A stretch of 64,000 bases of DNA from Eledone cirrhosa (lineage: Eukaryota). The stretch lies in NCBI GenBank assembly GCA_964016885.1, contig OZ024743.1, positions 191,146,001 through 191,210,000 on the forward strand. The letters run 5' to 3'. Positions 11,050 to 24,800 of this stretch are shown in pieces; the first letter of the stretch is position 1; each line of letters opens with the position of its first letter. Below the pieces are notes generated by a model. It made no database searches. It was not told the DNA's origin and saw only the letters and a list, made by a program, of their open reading frames with translations. Both the position numbers and the translations under genes were made by a program.

Positions 11050-14000
11050 TTTTGGGGCCCTTTCTGCCTGTGTGTTTGTTTGTTTATGTGTGTTCGTATA
11101 CAGCGTGCTGATAATGCCACACAAGGGCCAAGTGGAATGGCGGATCCACAGATGGCTATGTAACCATACATTCGCCAATCCTCGATAAGAGTGTTTAAAT
11201 ATCGAACATAAACAGTTCGAATAACGGTGAAATGGAGACTAGAACGTCATGTGACAGACTCTCACCCAACAGGTGCCCCCTGGCTCAGCAGCAGGAACCT
11301 GACTGTCAACCAAATACTGCTGATGTTGGAGGAAGGAGAAGAAGGAAAGGGGCCAGAACCAACTGGACGAAAGAATTAAATAGAACTGTTATGCAATGTT
11401 ACCTGAAAAGTAACCCCAAGGAGAGGGGCTACAGGAGACGGATGCATAACATCTGGAACGAGATTGGTTTATTTAAATTAGATGAACAAAAATTGGCCGG
11501 GCAGGCTCGGGTAATAAGAACTAATGGGTGGATAAGCGAGCTCGAACTGGAGGAACTGAGCAGAGAGAATGGCTTGGAGATGGCGAGCCAGTGGGAAATG
11601 AAGGTGAAGAGGTCCTGAGAACGGAGGAACCACCCGAAGCAGACAATGATCTGAATACTGAGATAAATAATACCTGGAACAGAGATACGGCCACTGAGGA
11701 GATGAATGCTGACGGGCTAGGACAAGATTCGGTTGACATCCTAAATTTAGTGGTAGATGAATTGAACAATGATAGTGGGAGACCTATGAACCTAAGATTT
11801 GTAGACAGGAAAAAGTTAAAAGAAACAACAGCTAAGGTAAACAAAGTCATCCCATACCTTGAGGCGAGGAGCCTTCACCAGTGCAACAATATCCTCAAAG
11901 CAACAGCAAATACGGTGAGGAAACTACTTGGTATAAAAGCGAGAGGAAACAACAGACAAGAAAGAGCAGAGCCGTGGTGGAAGAAGCGACTCAGTGGGCA
12001 AATCAGGGAAATGAGAAATGACATAGGAAAGCTTGAGTCACTACTGAATGGGACACTAAAAAACATAGGCACTAAAAATAGACTGGAAATAAAATACAAA
12101 ACTAGGAGGAAAAAGCTAAATATTACCATAGAGGAACTGAAGCAACGCATTGTAGCAAAGAGTGCAAAAATCAGGCGATACGAGAACAGAGTCAGTCAGT
12201 ATAAACAGAACCGCATGTTCGACAACAACCAGAAGATGCTGTTTGGACAGCTTGAGGGGAAAGAAAGAGGCAACGACTTGATCCCTGGGGCGGAGCAAAC
12301 TAAAACATTCTGGAGAGGAATATGGGAGCAGGATGTTAGACACAATGCCCAGGCAGGGTGGATTGAGACAGTACAGAGGGAGATCGGTGAGCAGGCACAA
12401 CAACAAACTGATTTGAGTATCACAGTTGAAACTCTTAAGGGGCAGGCCAAAAAACTAACCAACTGGAAATCACCAGGCCCAGATGGTGTGCAGGGGTATT
12501 GGATTAAACATTTAACATCCCTCCACCCGAAGCTGACGGCCATGTTCAATGACTGCTTGGTGTCGGGTGAGGTGCCAGAGTGGTTGACAAAAGGTACCAC
12601 AGTTCTGATAATGAAAGACCGAATCAAGGGTAATGATGTTACCAACTATAGACCTATCACATGTCTGTCCGTAATGTGGAAACTGTTGACGAGCATTGTG
12701 TCTGAGGAAATCTACCATCACCTCCACACAAACAACTTGTTACCGGACGAACAGAAAGGATGCCGAAAGAAGTCACGTGGTACAAAGGACCAGTTACTTA
12801 TTGATAAGATGGTAATGGGGAATTGCAGGAGGAGACACACTGATCTTGCCATGGGATGGATAGACTACAGAAAGGCATTTGGCATGGTGCCTCATTCCTG
12901 GATCACCAAAAGCCTGGAGATCTTCAGGGTGGCAGACAACATCAGACAGTTGCTAGGCAGGAGTATGGGGTCCTGGGAGACAGAGTTGACATCAACTGGA
13001 GTATCCTTAGGAAGCGTGAAGATCAAGAGAGGTATCTTCCAGGGAGATAGCCTGTCCCCTCTGTTGTTTGTCCTTGCTCTGATGCCCTTGACCATTATGC
13101 TGCGAAAAGTGAGAGCAGGATACAAGTTGGGAAGGGGAGAGCTTACCATCAATCACCTCCTCTTCATGGACGATCTTAAGCTCTTCGGGAAAAGTGAGAA
13201 GGAGTTGGATGTGCTTGTTGACACTGTCCGTATTTTCAGCAGTGATATATGTATGCAGTTTGGTATTGGTAAATGTGGAGTCATTGTGATGAAGAGGGGT
13301 AGGTTGAGCAGAAGTAACGGGATCCAGATACCAACAGGTGAGATGATAAAGGAAATTGACTCTGAGGAAGGATACAAGTATTTGGGCGTTCTGGAGGCTG
13401 ATGGCATAAAGAACAAAAAAATGAAGGAATTGTTAAGAACTGAATACATTCGGAGAGTAAGGAACGTATTGAAGTCACATCTGAACAGCAGAAATGCCAT
13501 AAGCGCAGTAAATTCCCGAGCTGTGTCTATTATTAGGTACAGTGCGGGAATTCTGAGATGGAATGTTGCTGAACAAAAAGAAATGGATAGGAAGACTAGG
13601 AAGCTATTGACTATCTACAACATGTTCCACAAGAGGAGTGATGTCGATAGACTCTACCTAAGGAGATCTGAGGGTAGAAGAGGTCTTATCAGCATAGAGG
13701 ACTGTGTTCAGATGGAGAAAAACAACCTATACAAATACGTGACCTATAGTAAGGAGCCAATGCTCAGAACTGTACTGAAGGAGGGGACAGTAGGCCAGGG
13801 GATGTCCAAGGAGGAAATAACATCAAGGAGGAAGAGCAGCCTTAAGGGAAAATCCCTTCATATTACCTTCTTTGAGAAAACTGAATTTAGAGATCCACAG
13901 ACATGGAACTGGTTGAGAAGAGGAGACCTCAAAAAGGCTACAGAAGGAATGCTAATGGCTGCGCAGGAGCAGGCCCTCAAAACGAAGTGGTTGAAGCACC

Positions 14001-14686
14001 ATATCTACAAGGAGGAGGCTAGCCCACTGTGCAGGATCTGTGGAGAGAGAGAGGAGACTGTGGCTCACATTGTGTCCGAGTGTAAACACCTAGCCCAGAC
14101 CCACTATAAGGGATGGAGACACGATGTGATGGGCAGAGTGATCCACTGGCACCTGTGCAAAGTAAACAATTTACCACATTCTGAGAAATGGTATGAGCAT
14201 AGGCCAGAGGCGGTGATGGAGAACAATCAGGTGAAGGTGCTGTGGGATTTTAGGATACAGACGGACAAAAAACTGGAACACAATAGACTTGATCTGGTGG
14301 TTGTGGACAAAGAAAGAAGATCGTGCCTGATTGTGGATGTGGCCTGCCCATTCGACACGAGAGTGCAAGAGAAGGAGAGGGAGAAAATTAACCGATACCA
14401 GGACCTAAAGTGGGAGGTGAAAAGGATTTGGAACTGCCATGAAGTCAAAGTGATCCCGATTGTCATAGGCGCACTGGGGACTATCTCCAAAAGTTTCCAG
14501 GGATGGTTAAAGAAAATCGGCCCCTTCACGCTTTTTGGAACGCTTCAAAAGGCATGCTTGCTTGGAACAGCAAGAACCCTCCGATACGTCCTGAATATCT
14601 GAGGCTGCAGGTAGTGGCTTGATATTCAATCCAACGGACTTTCCAGTTAACCAACATCAATGACTGAGATTCAAGGAATAACAACA

Positions 14687-14720
<34 letters not shown>
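11050..14720 (+). mobile_element. R4/Dong-clade RLE non-LTR retrotransposon #1, near full length
   Basis: N-terminal RTNWTKELN..GYRRRMHNIW, RT, CCHC and RLE domains, short 3' UTR and (TAA)n tail. 5' boundary approximate. Confidence 0.93.
11232..14602 (+). pseudogene. R4/Dong RT-RLE polyprotein with one frameshift (11232-11618 plus 11528-14602)
   Basis: KSPGPDG, NYRPITCL, IDYRKAF, QGDSLSPLLF, HLLFMDD, CRICGEREETVAHIVSEC, RHD..NRLDLVVVDK..VDVACP..KINRY. Confidence 0.93.
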
Positions 14721-14770
14721 GGGAAGAAGACGCACGAGGTGACGGAAGGTCATGAAATCGCTCCCGTAAG

Positions 14771-15265
14771 TTTTGAATTTTTAACATATTTAAATCATTT
14801 GTGAAATAACAACTCTTAGTACAAATGCTACGTAAAGCATCGGGCTTGAGCCCCAAAAAATTCGGACCAAAAATATATTTTTATAAGGCTCAAATATTCA
14901 AATATTCAACTTTGTATTGTACATTGTATATTCAAAAAAGAAAATGGCTATAGATAGAAGAAGACCCCCCCCCCCCTCCTCTGTCTACGCTATATAGAAC
15001 AGCCAAACAACACCAGAAACTAGATACAACACCTACCCCATCACCTCTCTGTGTACACTAAACACAACAGCCAGATAACGGCAATTTCACCACCACCACT
15101 CACTACTGCCATCATTACCACCACTATCCCATCACCGCCGCCACCACTCCTTCATTGCTACCACCGCTACAACTCCATCACTACAGTAATATGATCACAT
15201 CACCACCACCACTGCCTCGGTATCGACATCACCACCACCACTGTCTCAGTATCGATACCGCCGCT
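14771..15265 (+). repeat. ~480-bp direct repeat, copy 2
   Basis: Matches 10231-10705. Confidence 0.9.
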
Positions 15266-15612
15266 ACTGTCTCCCACATCTCCCCGCCGCCACCACTCCT
15301 TCAATGCTACCACCACTATTCCCCTGTTAACTTGAGAGAGAAAGGGGAAGGTGGCGGTATCACTAGACAAGGGAGAGGCTAGCAAAAGATATAAATAGAT
15401 TGACTTAGTGACCTGGCCACGGCCAAACGTCAACATCAACAACTATGGGACTGCTGGCTCACCCCTTCCTCACCAACAATATAAAAAGCCCCGGCACCAC
15501 CACCGACATAGCCAACAACAATAACAGCCAACTACAACAAAAAGTATATTATATTATTGTAATGCACTGGGTGATTGCTGGCCTTGTGCCTGGAGTGGAG
15601 ACAATTATTAAT

Positions 15613-18600
15613 AATTTCATTCTTAAGCCACGCAATGCTCACATTAAGGAACCACTCATGATAATAACAAAAAGAAAACCCCATGACCAAGAAATACCGG
15701 AATGGCGGCCGGCGGGGAATGCTAATGGTTCAAACCTTCCCATCACTTCGGAGCTGGAGACCTCCCATAACCGGAATACTCCTACTGTTGGCCCTCCATG
15801 CTCACCACCAAGAAATCCAAAGAAAAAGAGAGAAAAATGGTCAAGGGAAGATAATAAAGAAGTCCTTGAGGCTTTCTACACTGCCATGTACTACCCATCA
15901 AATACATCGAATACAGAACAGACATATATCAACTGGAAAAAGAAACATCCCGAAACAGAGGCTATATTGACAGTAACAAACTAGCCAATATACGAAGAAA
16001 TATTGTAAGAAAAAAGTTACTAACTGATATAGATATTGATCAGATCAAGCTATTAGCACAAAGTCAGCGAAGGGAAAATGAAACATGTGTCAGTGAAAAC
16101 GAGGTAAACTGTAACACTTCGAATCCCAGGGTTGGGGCGGAATCACTGGCAACAGAACAAATTAAAGAAAGGATCGAAAAAGTGGAGGGAGTGCAAGCTC
16201 AGGATGAAACTCCAAATGAAAATAATGAGATCGTAAATGATAAGGAAATGAATGAGAATGAACTTGCCAACTTGAAGGATGAAATTATGATCGAATGGAT
16301 GAAAATGAAAGAATCTGACATGGGGCAACGAGACACCCTCCCTAAGATCCAGAACTCCAAACAGAACCAAAAGATAATACACAAGACTAACATAATTCTC
16401 AAAAACATTATCATCACAAACAAACTAAACATTACTGATTTAAATCATCTCTATTATGCATCGGCTAAAGTCACCACTCACTTATGTGGAGTGAAGATGA
16501 AAAAACAAAGGAATTCCCACAAGAAATCTACTTGGCAAGAGAACATCAATCGCCAAATAAACCTTCTCCGATCTGACATAGAAATTTTAACAAACTATAA
16601 AGTATGTGAACATGTTAAACAAACTAAACTTAGAAAATTGAAAAAAAAGTACAGTATAAAATCAACATGTGACATAGACATGCTGATAGAAATAGTCAAG
16701 CAAAAAGTGTCGGCCAAAGCTGCTCGTATCAGGCGCTTTGAAAAACGATCTAGATTCTATAAGGACAATAATATGTTCAAAAACAACCAAAGAAACTTCT
16801 ACAGAAAAATTGGTAAGTCAACAATAACTGCTAAATAAATACCACCCAAGGAGGAAGTGCAAGAATTCTGGGAAAAGATCTGGGCCGAAGAAAAAGTTCA
16901 TAACATACATGCCCCATGGATAGACAGACAAATGAAAGATACAGCTCACCTTGAGGAACAAACATGGGAAAATATAACAGTTGAACAGTTGCGCTTGGCT
17001 CTAAGAAAAACCAGCAAATCGAAATCCCCAGGAAAAGACAAAATACAAAATTTTGGATAAATGCCTTCACAGAGTCTCATGAGCTGTCAGCCCAACTTTA
17101 CAATGAAATAGTTAAGGAGCCAGAAAAGATACCTTCATGGCTAGTTAACGACATTACATTCCTGCTTCCGAAGAATGATGAGACAAACAATCCCAACAAT
17201 TACAGACCGATAACTTGCTTGACCACAATGTATAAAATTTTAACATCAGTCCTAACTGAATACACATATGACCACCTGATAACAAATGACCTATTTCCCA
17301 TTGAGCAGAAAGGTGTAAACGAGGCTCATATGGCTGTAAGGATCAGCTTCTGGTTAACAAAATGATACTGGAAGATTGTCATAATAGACACAAAAATCTA
17401 TCGATTGCTTGGATAGATTATAAAAAAGCATTTGATAGTTTGCCACACAGTTGGATTGAAAAATGTTTAGAGATTTTCAAAGTATCCCCTGTTGTCAGGA
17501 GGTTTTTGTCATTCAGTATGAAGACATGGAAAACGACACTCCTTTTGAATAGTGAAACAAAATCACTGGAAGCTGGAGAAGTTAATATTAATTGAGGAAT
17601 TTTTCAGGGTGACTCTTTATCACCGCTTTTATTCTGCATCGCACTTATACCATTAAGTAAAATGCTCAATGAAACAAAACATGGATATAAAGTCTATGAC
17701 AAAACCATTAATCACCTGTTCTACATGACCTGAAACTATTTGCAAAAAATGATGAACAATTGCAAGGGCTATTATCCACTGTGAAGCAGTTCAGTGATGA
17801 CATTAAAATGGAGTTTGGACAAGATAAATGCGCCAAAGCAACGTTCACCAGAGGAAAGCTGCTGAAGAGTTCAGACATTAATCTTGATCGGGGGAACGTG
17901 ATAAGAGAACTTGATCAAGAAAAAACTTACAAATATCTAGGTGTTTGTGAAGGAGACGGAATCAAGCACTCGACAATGCGTTGAAAACTGCAACAATTGG
18001 ATTATTTACATATCTAAGGGAATCACATGATTGGATGATCAAACTCGTTTTGAAACACGAAAGCATCAAAAGATCATATTCCATTACAAAAGATGCACAA
18101 AGATACAGTAATGGACTACAAATTTCAGAAGTCCCATTTACTGCTGAAATGGAAAACACAGAAAAAGCAAAGCAGGTAAAAGTAACTGCAAAGAAAGAAC
18201 TGCTACAGAAACTGGCTAAGAAATGGCAAGAAAAGCCTCTGTATGGAAAATACCCAGAGCGAGCTAACAATCCTGATGTTGACAAAACTTTAACTCATCA
18301 GTGGTTGGCATCCTCTGGACTGAAATCGGAGACTGAAGGACTGATTATATCGGCACAAGATCAGTGTCTGCCAACAAAAAATTACCAAGCCAACATAATA
18401 AAAAATGGGTGCAGCCCATTATGCCGTGTATGCAAAAAACAACCAGAGACCATTGACCATATAATTTCAATGTGCAGTCCTATAGCTCCAACCGAATACC
18501 TAAACAGGCATGACAGAGCTGCACAATACATACATTGGATAATGTGTAAGCATTTTGACCTGCCCCATCAAAAGAATTGGTGGGAGCATCAACCACCTCC

Positions 18601-19148
18601 CATACTTGAAAAAGATCACATCTCAATCTTGTGGAACTTTAGCATCCAAACAAACCGAAAAATAGGTGCAAACAGACCTGATATAATATTGAAAGACTTT
18701 CAAAAGTGGGTATGCCTGCTAATTGATATGTCTGTTCCAATAGACAAGAATGTATCTATAAAAACATTTGAAAAATTGAGCAAGTATAAGGACCTGGAGA
18801 TAGAAATTGGAAAAATGTGGACATTGAGAACTAAAACAATACCAGTGGTTGTAGGCGCTCTGGGAATGATACCTAAGGGGTCTAATGATTACATATCGCA
18901 AATCCGAGGAAACCCGCGTATAGGAGAAATACAAAAGATAGTATTAATGGGAACTGCCCATATACTAAGGAAGATTCTGTCAATATAAGTACATCACAAG
19001 TCTAAACACTAAAGATGCACGTGTGAATATGTATGTTCTTTCTTGAACATGGCCGACCTTGTTGTCTCTTGAGGTCACTGGTTGTGACTTGGTGATAACT
19101 CGTATGAACATAAAGCAAGATAAATGCAACTGTAATAATAATAATAAT
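15613..19148 (+). mobile_element. R4/Dong-clade element #2, degraded
   Basis: [59 protein letters not shown]. Several stops and frameshifts, deletion near 17980. Flanked by TAA repeats; the 5' side is a SINE tail (15560-15612). Confidence 0.92.
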
Positions 19149-19169
19149 AGTACACTATTAATAATTATT

Positions 19170-19455
19170 AATGCACTCGTGCAATGCCTGTGCGTGACGA
19201 ATATTTTTAAAGTGAGGAAAGGCTGTGCACTGAGCCAATCCCACTCTCTGAGCGACAGTAGCTATAACCCGAAAAGAAGAAAAGATCAACATCATCGTTA
19301 ACTACTGAGCCGCAGGTTTTATGTCGGAGTTAACCCAGTTTCCTGAGATACCTTCTCCTAGAAGAATGCCCTGACAAGGGCTAGGGGTTCTTCACTCCCA
19401 GTGGTTTAACTGCGCGATCGGGCATCCAGCCCGATTATTTCTATGTCCCCACGCA
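19170..19455 (-). mobile_element. RTE 5' UTR segment
   Basis: 19310-19520 is near-identical to 21623-21822, which is fused to RTE coding sequence. Homologous to the 5' parts of units A and B. Confidence 0.65.
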
Positions 19456-19689
19456 AAAAAAAAAAAAAAAAAAAAAAAAAACTTATTGACACTTATACGT
19501 ACGACATACCCACACGCGCATAAATATGCGCGCACACAGCAACACTCATACATACAAACAAACACACACACGCTACTCTACTCACTTACACACACACATA
19601 TATATATATATATATATTACCGTCATTACTGATACAAGATTACAAGATTATGTCAACTGTTGACTTTCAAGAGTTTGTATAGTTGAAGC

Positions 19690-19875
19690 CGATCGTACTA
19701 CAGTCCAGTATTATTATAATTGCTTTACAGCATAGAGTTACGGCCCTTCACGCTCTGAGCTCAAATCCCGCTGAGGTCAACCTTGCCTTTCATCCCCACG
19801 GAGTCAACAAAAGAGAGTACCAGCGATGCGCTGGGCCAGTCGCTTGATCCGTGTCAAAAGCAGAAAAATTATTAT
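19690..19875 (+). mobile_element. Diverged SINE of the same family
   Basis: ctgagctcaaatcccgctgaggtcaaccttgcctttcatcc..gagtaccag. Confidence 0.75.
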
Positions 19876-20557
19876 TAAAGTTGTTTTCTTAAGGCCCGGT
19901 CGCTGGTGATGGTGATGGCGGCGGCGGTAGTGGTGGTGGTGGCAGTTGATGTTGTTGTTGTGTTGTGTGCGTGTGTGTTGATGCCGCTGTTGTTGTAAAT
20001 GTTCATTTCAGTTCATTCTGAAGCTGTTGTTGCTGTAAACATTAGTGCCGGTGTTGTTGTAGATGTTGGGGTTGAAATCTGGTCGTTTGACTGAGTGATG
20101 TATATACACACATATACATACATATATATATATGTACACATTCAGCAGAGTGTAGAGAGTTTGACAACAGGTCGATGACTTTAGTCTAGATAGGGTAATG
20201 ACATGTGATGGTGCGGAGAGAGTGTAGAAGTTATTGTGGTGGCGGGGGACAGTGCGATGTATCTAGTTCATTTGACCGTTTTCTTCTCTTTGCAAAATTT
20301 GAATTTTAGCCATGTTATATTAAGATGTAAGTAAATGTAAAATGTAAAATATAAATAAGGATTGCTCTGCTAAAATATACTAAAATATTTGTGTAACTTC
20401 CACAAACTTCTGTCGTGACATTCCCGAGTCCAGTGACCAACAAATTGTTGTATTTTGATGTTTCAGCATACAAAAATTAATTAAAAACTTACCCCACGAA
20501 AAGACAGCGTGTGTTGTCCTATCTATAAGCTCCCTCACATACATATATACATATATA

Positions 20558-20622
<65 letters not shown>

Positions 20623-20799
20623 TCACACACACATATACACACACACATACATTAATAACAACAATAATAATAATAATAATAACAACAATAATAATAATAA
20701 CGACAACAACAATAATAATATACATATACATATATATATGCACACACACGCACACACATAAGCACATCTACACACACACACACACACGATAGCAACTAA

Positions 20800-21770
20800 C
20801 AGCGCTGCGATCAAATGTGGCTTTTAGCCCAGCCAATGATCTAAAATGTCTTGCACAGAGTCGGCAACCAAAACATTTACTGGGAATAGTCGGCTGTGGT
20901 TGGAGTTCGTGTACTCTCTTGCATGTCGCTTGAGCCCTCCTGCTGATTTACATTCTCTACCACATGTTTGGCATGCATGATGAGTAGCATCTCCAACAGC
21001 AGCCTGGTAGTCAACCACTGGTCTTACTTTATGACTGCGAAGATGACTTTCGAGTCCAGCTTTGCTTAGGCAGAGTCTCGCACATACGCTGCATGTCAGC
21101 ACCATAGGAGGACCCTCGCCGTCTGGAAGTGCAACAGCAATACCCTTCCTCACATCCCGCTTTACTTTCTCGTATGCGATTCGAGATGCCTCAAAGGCAA
21201 CTTTTCCCTCATATACAGTCTTTCTCCATTTATTACGATCAGCAGCAATATTCTCCCATGTATCAGCAGAGATGTTAGCGTCTTTCAAAGAGGCTTTCAA
21301 GGAATCCTTATACCTCTTTTTTGGTTTATGTGGCGGTCGTTTTCCTTTAACCAACTCTCCATAAAAGAGTTGTTTTGGTATTCTAGAATCCCTCATCCTG
21401 GCAAGGTGACCACTCCAACGGAGTCGTTGCTTAAGCACAAGAGCTTCTATGCTGTCACACATAGAGCTTTCAAAAATCTCGACATCATTGATGTGGTCCC
21501 TCCAGTGAACGCCATGGATCCGTCTGAGACACATCTGATGGAAACGCTCCAATTGCTTAAGGTGGTGTCGATATGTGACCCAGGTCTCGCAGGCATAAAG
21601 AAGACAAGAGAGCACACATGCACCGCAGGTTTTATGTCGGATTTAACCCAGTTTCCTGAGATGCCTTCACCTAGAAGAATGCCCTGACAAGGGCTAGGGG
21701 TTCTAAACTCCCAGTGGTTTAACTGCGCGATCGGGCATCCAGCCCGATTATTTCTATGTTCCCGCGCGAA
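20800..21770 (-). mobile_element. Internally deleted RTE: 5' UTR fused at ~21621 to the ORF C-terminus with C2H2 zinc fingers
   Basis: 21260-21621 is near-identical to 7505-7860. Continues with CSVCARLCLSKAGLESHLRSH and CQTCGRECKSAGGLKRHAR. Confidence 0.88.
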
Positions 21771-21819
21771 AAAAAAAAATCACTTATTGACACTTATACG
21801 TACGACATACACACACGCG

Positions 21820-21899
21820 CATACATACATACATACATACATACATACATACATACATACATACATACATACATACATACATACATACATACATACATA
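21820..21899. repeat. (TACA)n microsatellite
   Basis: Perfect repeat at the 5' flank of Dong #3. Confidence 0.97.
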
Positions 21900-24800
21900 A
21901 TTGCGACCGTTGTGGTCAGTATCCGATAATCGGACGTGTGTAATTACGGCTTACATGAAGGCAACATACCATATATTGGAAAAAGTTGAGCTACATTACG
22001 CGGTAAGATTACATACAATAATTCTACACAAGTGTTTGAACTGTAAGTGTGTTGTAAAACACCTATTTATATGAACGATACATACAATTATGATATATGA
22101 ACGATACATACACTTTAACATATAAATGCAACGTTGTTATATTACATTTATAAAGAAATATACAAGTAACGTTTTCGATTCAGAAACAAAAACATAAGTG
22201 TTTGAACTGTGAATATGTTGTGAATAAGTTGTAGAACACCTATTTATATGAATGATACATAAACTTTAACATATAAATACAGCGTTGTTATATTATATTA
22301 CATTCATAAAGAAATATACTAAGTAACGGTTCTTTTTGTTCTCGATTCAAACGATTCAAGAACAACGTTTAAAACACAGTTGTAGAATTAAAAACTCTCT
22401 GAAAAGAAATATTACCCAAGCTGTGAATAATTTTAAATTTGATTCAAACAGAACTTTGTCGAAACTTTTAAAGAAGATCATCGACTATTTTGAAAAATAA
22501 ATACGAAATATTAGTGAATAGACGAACTCATCATGGCAAAAAGTACAAGTCTCCTTCGACCAAATCGCAACTACAGCCGTTGTATACAGTGGAGCTACGA
22601 GCTTAACAAAGAACTATATGAAGCATACAAACAATCTGAAGCCCAAAAGTTCGGTTTTATGCAAATGCTAAAAACTTTATGGAACTCCAAACACCCAGAA
22701 TTAGACTTTTCTTCAAAGCATTTAAATGAACAGGCAAAACGTATCATTAGATGTAAATTGATACATCTAACGGAATTGAGTGATACTACAAATACAGCCC
22801 TTGTAGACAACCACCCCACCTCCACTGACAGACAAAGAGAATGGCCAGCTAAATCTAACAGTGAACAGCTCACCAACAATTTTGCTGAAATCCATCCCAC
22901 TTCCACTGAAGAAGAGCGAGAAAGGTCAGCTAACTCTAGTAGTAATTGTCACCACATCAACAACGAGGCTGAAAGTCATGACTCTACTGAACAAACAGAA
23001 CAGCAAAAACTTGTGGACACCTTACAAGTGATATGAAACGATATGTTTCAAGAGATACACATCCTTAATGTGAGTGACAGACCATACAACACCAGAATCA
23101 GTAAAGAATCCACTAAATTGGAATTGGAAGCGGTGAACGAAATAGCTGGCAATTATCTGAAGGCTATACGATCTAAAGGTGTAGAAACGACATTTGAAAC
23201 GCTTAATATTTTGTTATATGTTTCAGCTGTCACATTGCTACCATATAACACACATCTAAAACCACGCAATCAAGATACAAATAGAAAGCCTGAACCAGCG
23301 TGGGTGCGAAATTTAAAAACCAAAATTTTATCCCTGAGACGAAGTACTTCACACATCGCAGTCGTTATGAAATGCAACATAGAGAGCAACTTCACACGAC
23401 ACCAGGAAGACCTGAAAAAAAGTTAGAGACGATTTGGAGATACACAATTTAAAACTTTGAACTCCAAATTACACCAGTTGAAACAACAACTCACAGCTAC
23501 AACAGAAAGACTAAAATATAAGTCAGCAGCACATAAACGACAAGTGCTAAATAGATTGTTTGCCAGAGAACCTAAATCAGTTTATCGCAGCTTCGGTGGC
23601 AAAAGCTCAATCCCTGTAAATGACACCCCTTCAAAAGAACAGGTTGAGAGCTACTGGAGATCTGTATGGGAAACGGATGACGGATTCAACAGACAAACTA
23701 ATTGGCTAAAAGAACTGGAACAGGACTACTGCCAACATGTCCAGACAAAACAATATGACATAGATTGGTCAATACCGGAAACAGCTCTACAGAAAATGTC
23801 GAATAGGAAATCGCCAGGGCCAGACCTCATTACAGGATACGGGTTGAAGAATTTCACTTTCTATCGGCAAGATCTCATACGGCTGTTTACAGAAACCATT
23901 AAAGGCACACAAGAACTGCCCAGATGGTTATCAACTGCCACTACTCTCCTCATTCCCCAAAATAGCCAAACCACCCTTGCTAAAACATCATGTATAATAG
24001 CCTGCCAAAACATCATGTATAAATTATATATGTGTGCCTTAACCTATTCTTACAGGATCACTGTGCTACCAACAACATCATAACACCTGAGCAAGCTGGT
24101 GGAAAGAGGGGGGTGTGGGGTTGCATAGATCACCTACTAACTAATAAAATGATTCAGGAAAAAACAACAAAGAATCGCAGAAACATGACTGTGGTGTGGC
24201 TGGACTATCAAAAAACATTTGATAGTGTACCTCATGGTGGATTATTAAGACTTTACAGTTAGCCAAAGTTCCACAACCATTGGTAGCTGCTGTTGAACGC
24301 CTGACCAAGAACTGGTACACCAATTTGATCCTTAGAGGTGAGAAGGAGCAAGTTAAGACTGATAAGATACATTACCAGAAGGGCATCTTTCAGGGTGATA
24401 GCTTGTCAGTGCTACTCTTGGTTCTCTCACTGAATCCACTATCTTACCTACTCAGGAAACAAGGTGGACAAAGAAGTGGGTCCAGAAGTATCTCCCATCT
24501 TTTCTTTGTTGATGACCTGAAGTTGTATGGGCCAAATATCAATGACATCAAGAAACAATTGGACCTCATTACACAATTTTCAACCGACATCAAAATGAAA
24601 TTTGGTTAGTCCAAGTGTGCATATTTGGCAGTAAAACGTGGACGAGCTGTGCCCTCCTCTAGAAATCTAGAGATGAACGGCCTGACAATACAACCTCTAC
24701 AGTCAGGTGACAACTACAGATATCTTGGACAGGATGAGAATGTCAGATATGATGGACCCATAAATAAGGAGAGAACCAGAACTGAATACCTCAGAAGAGT

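Noticed and set aside
11050-11180. HDV-like ribozyme at the Dong #1 5' end (ggccctt/aagggcc)
   Set aside because: No P1.1 GG or convincing P2 and J4/2.
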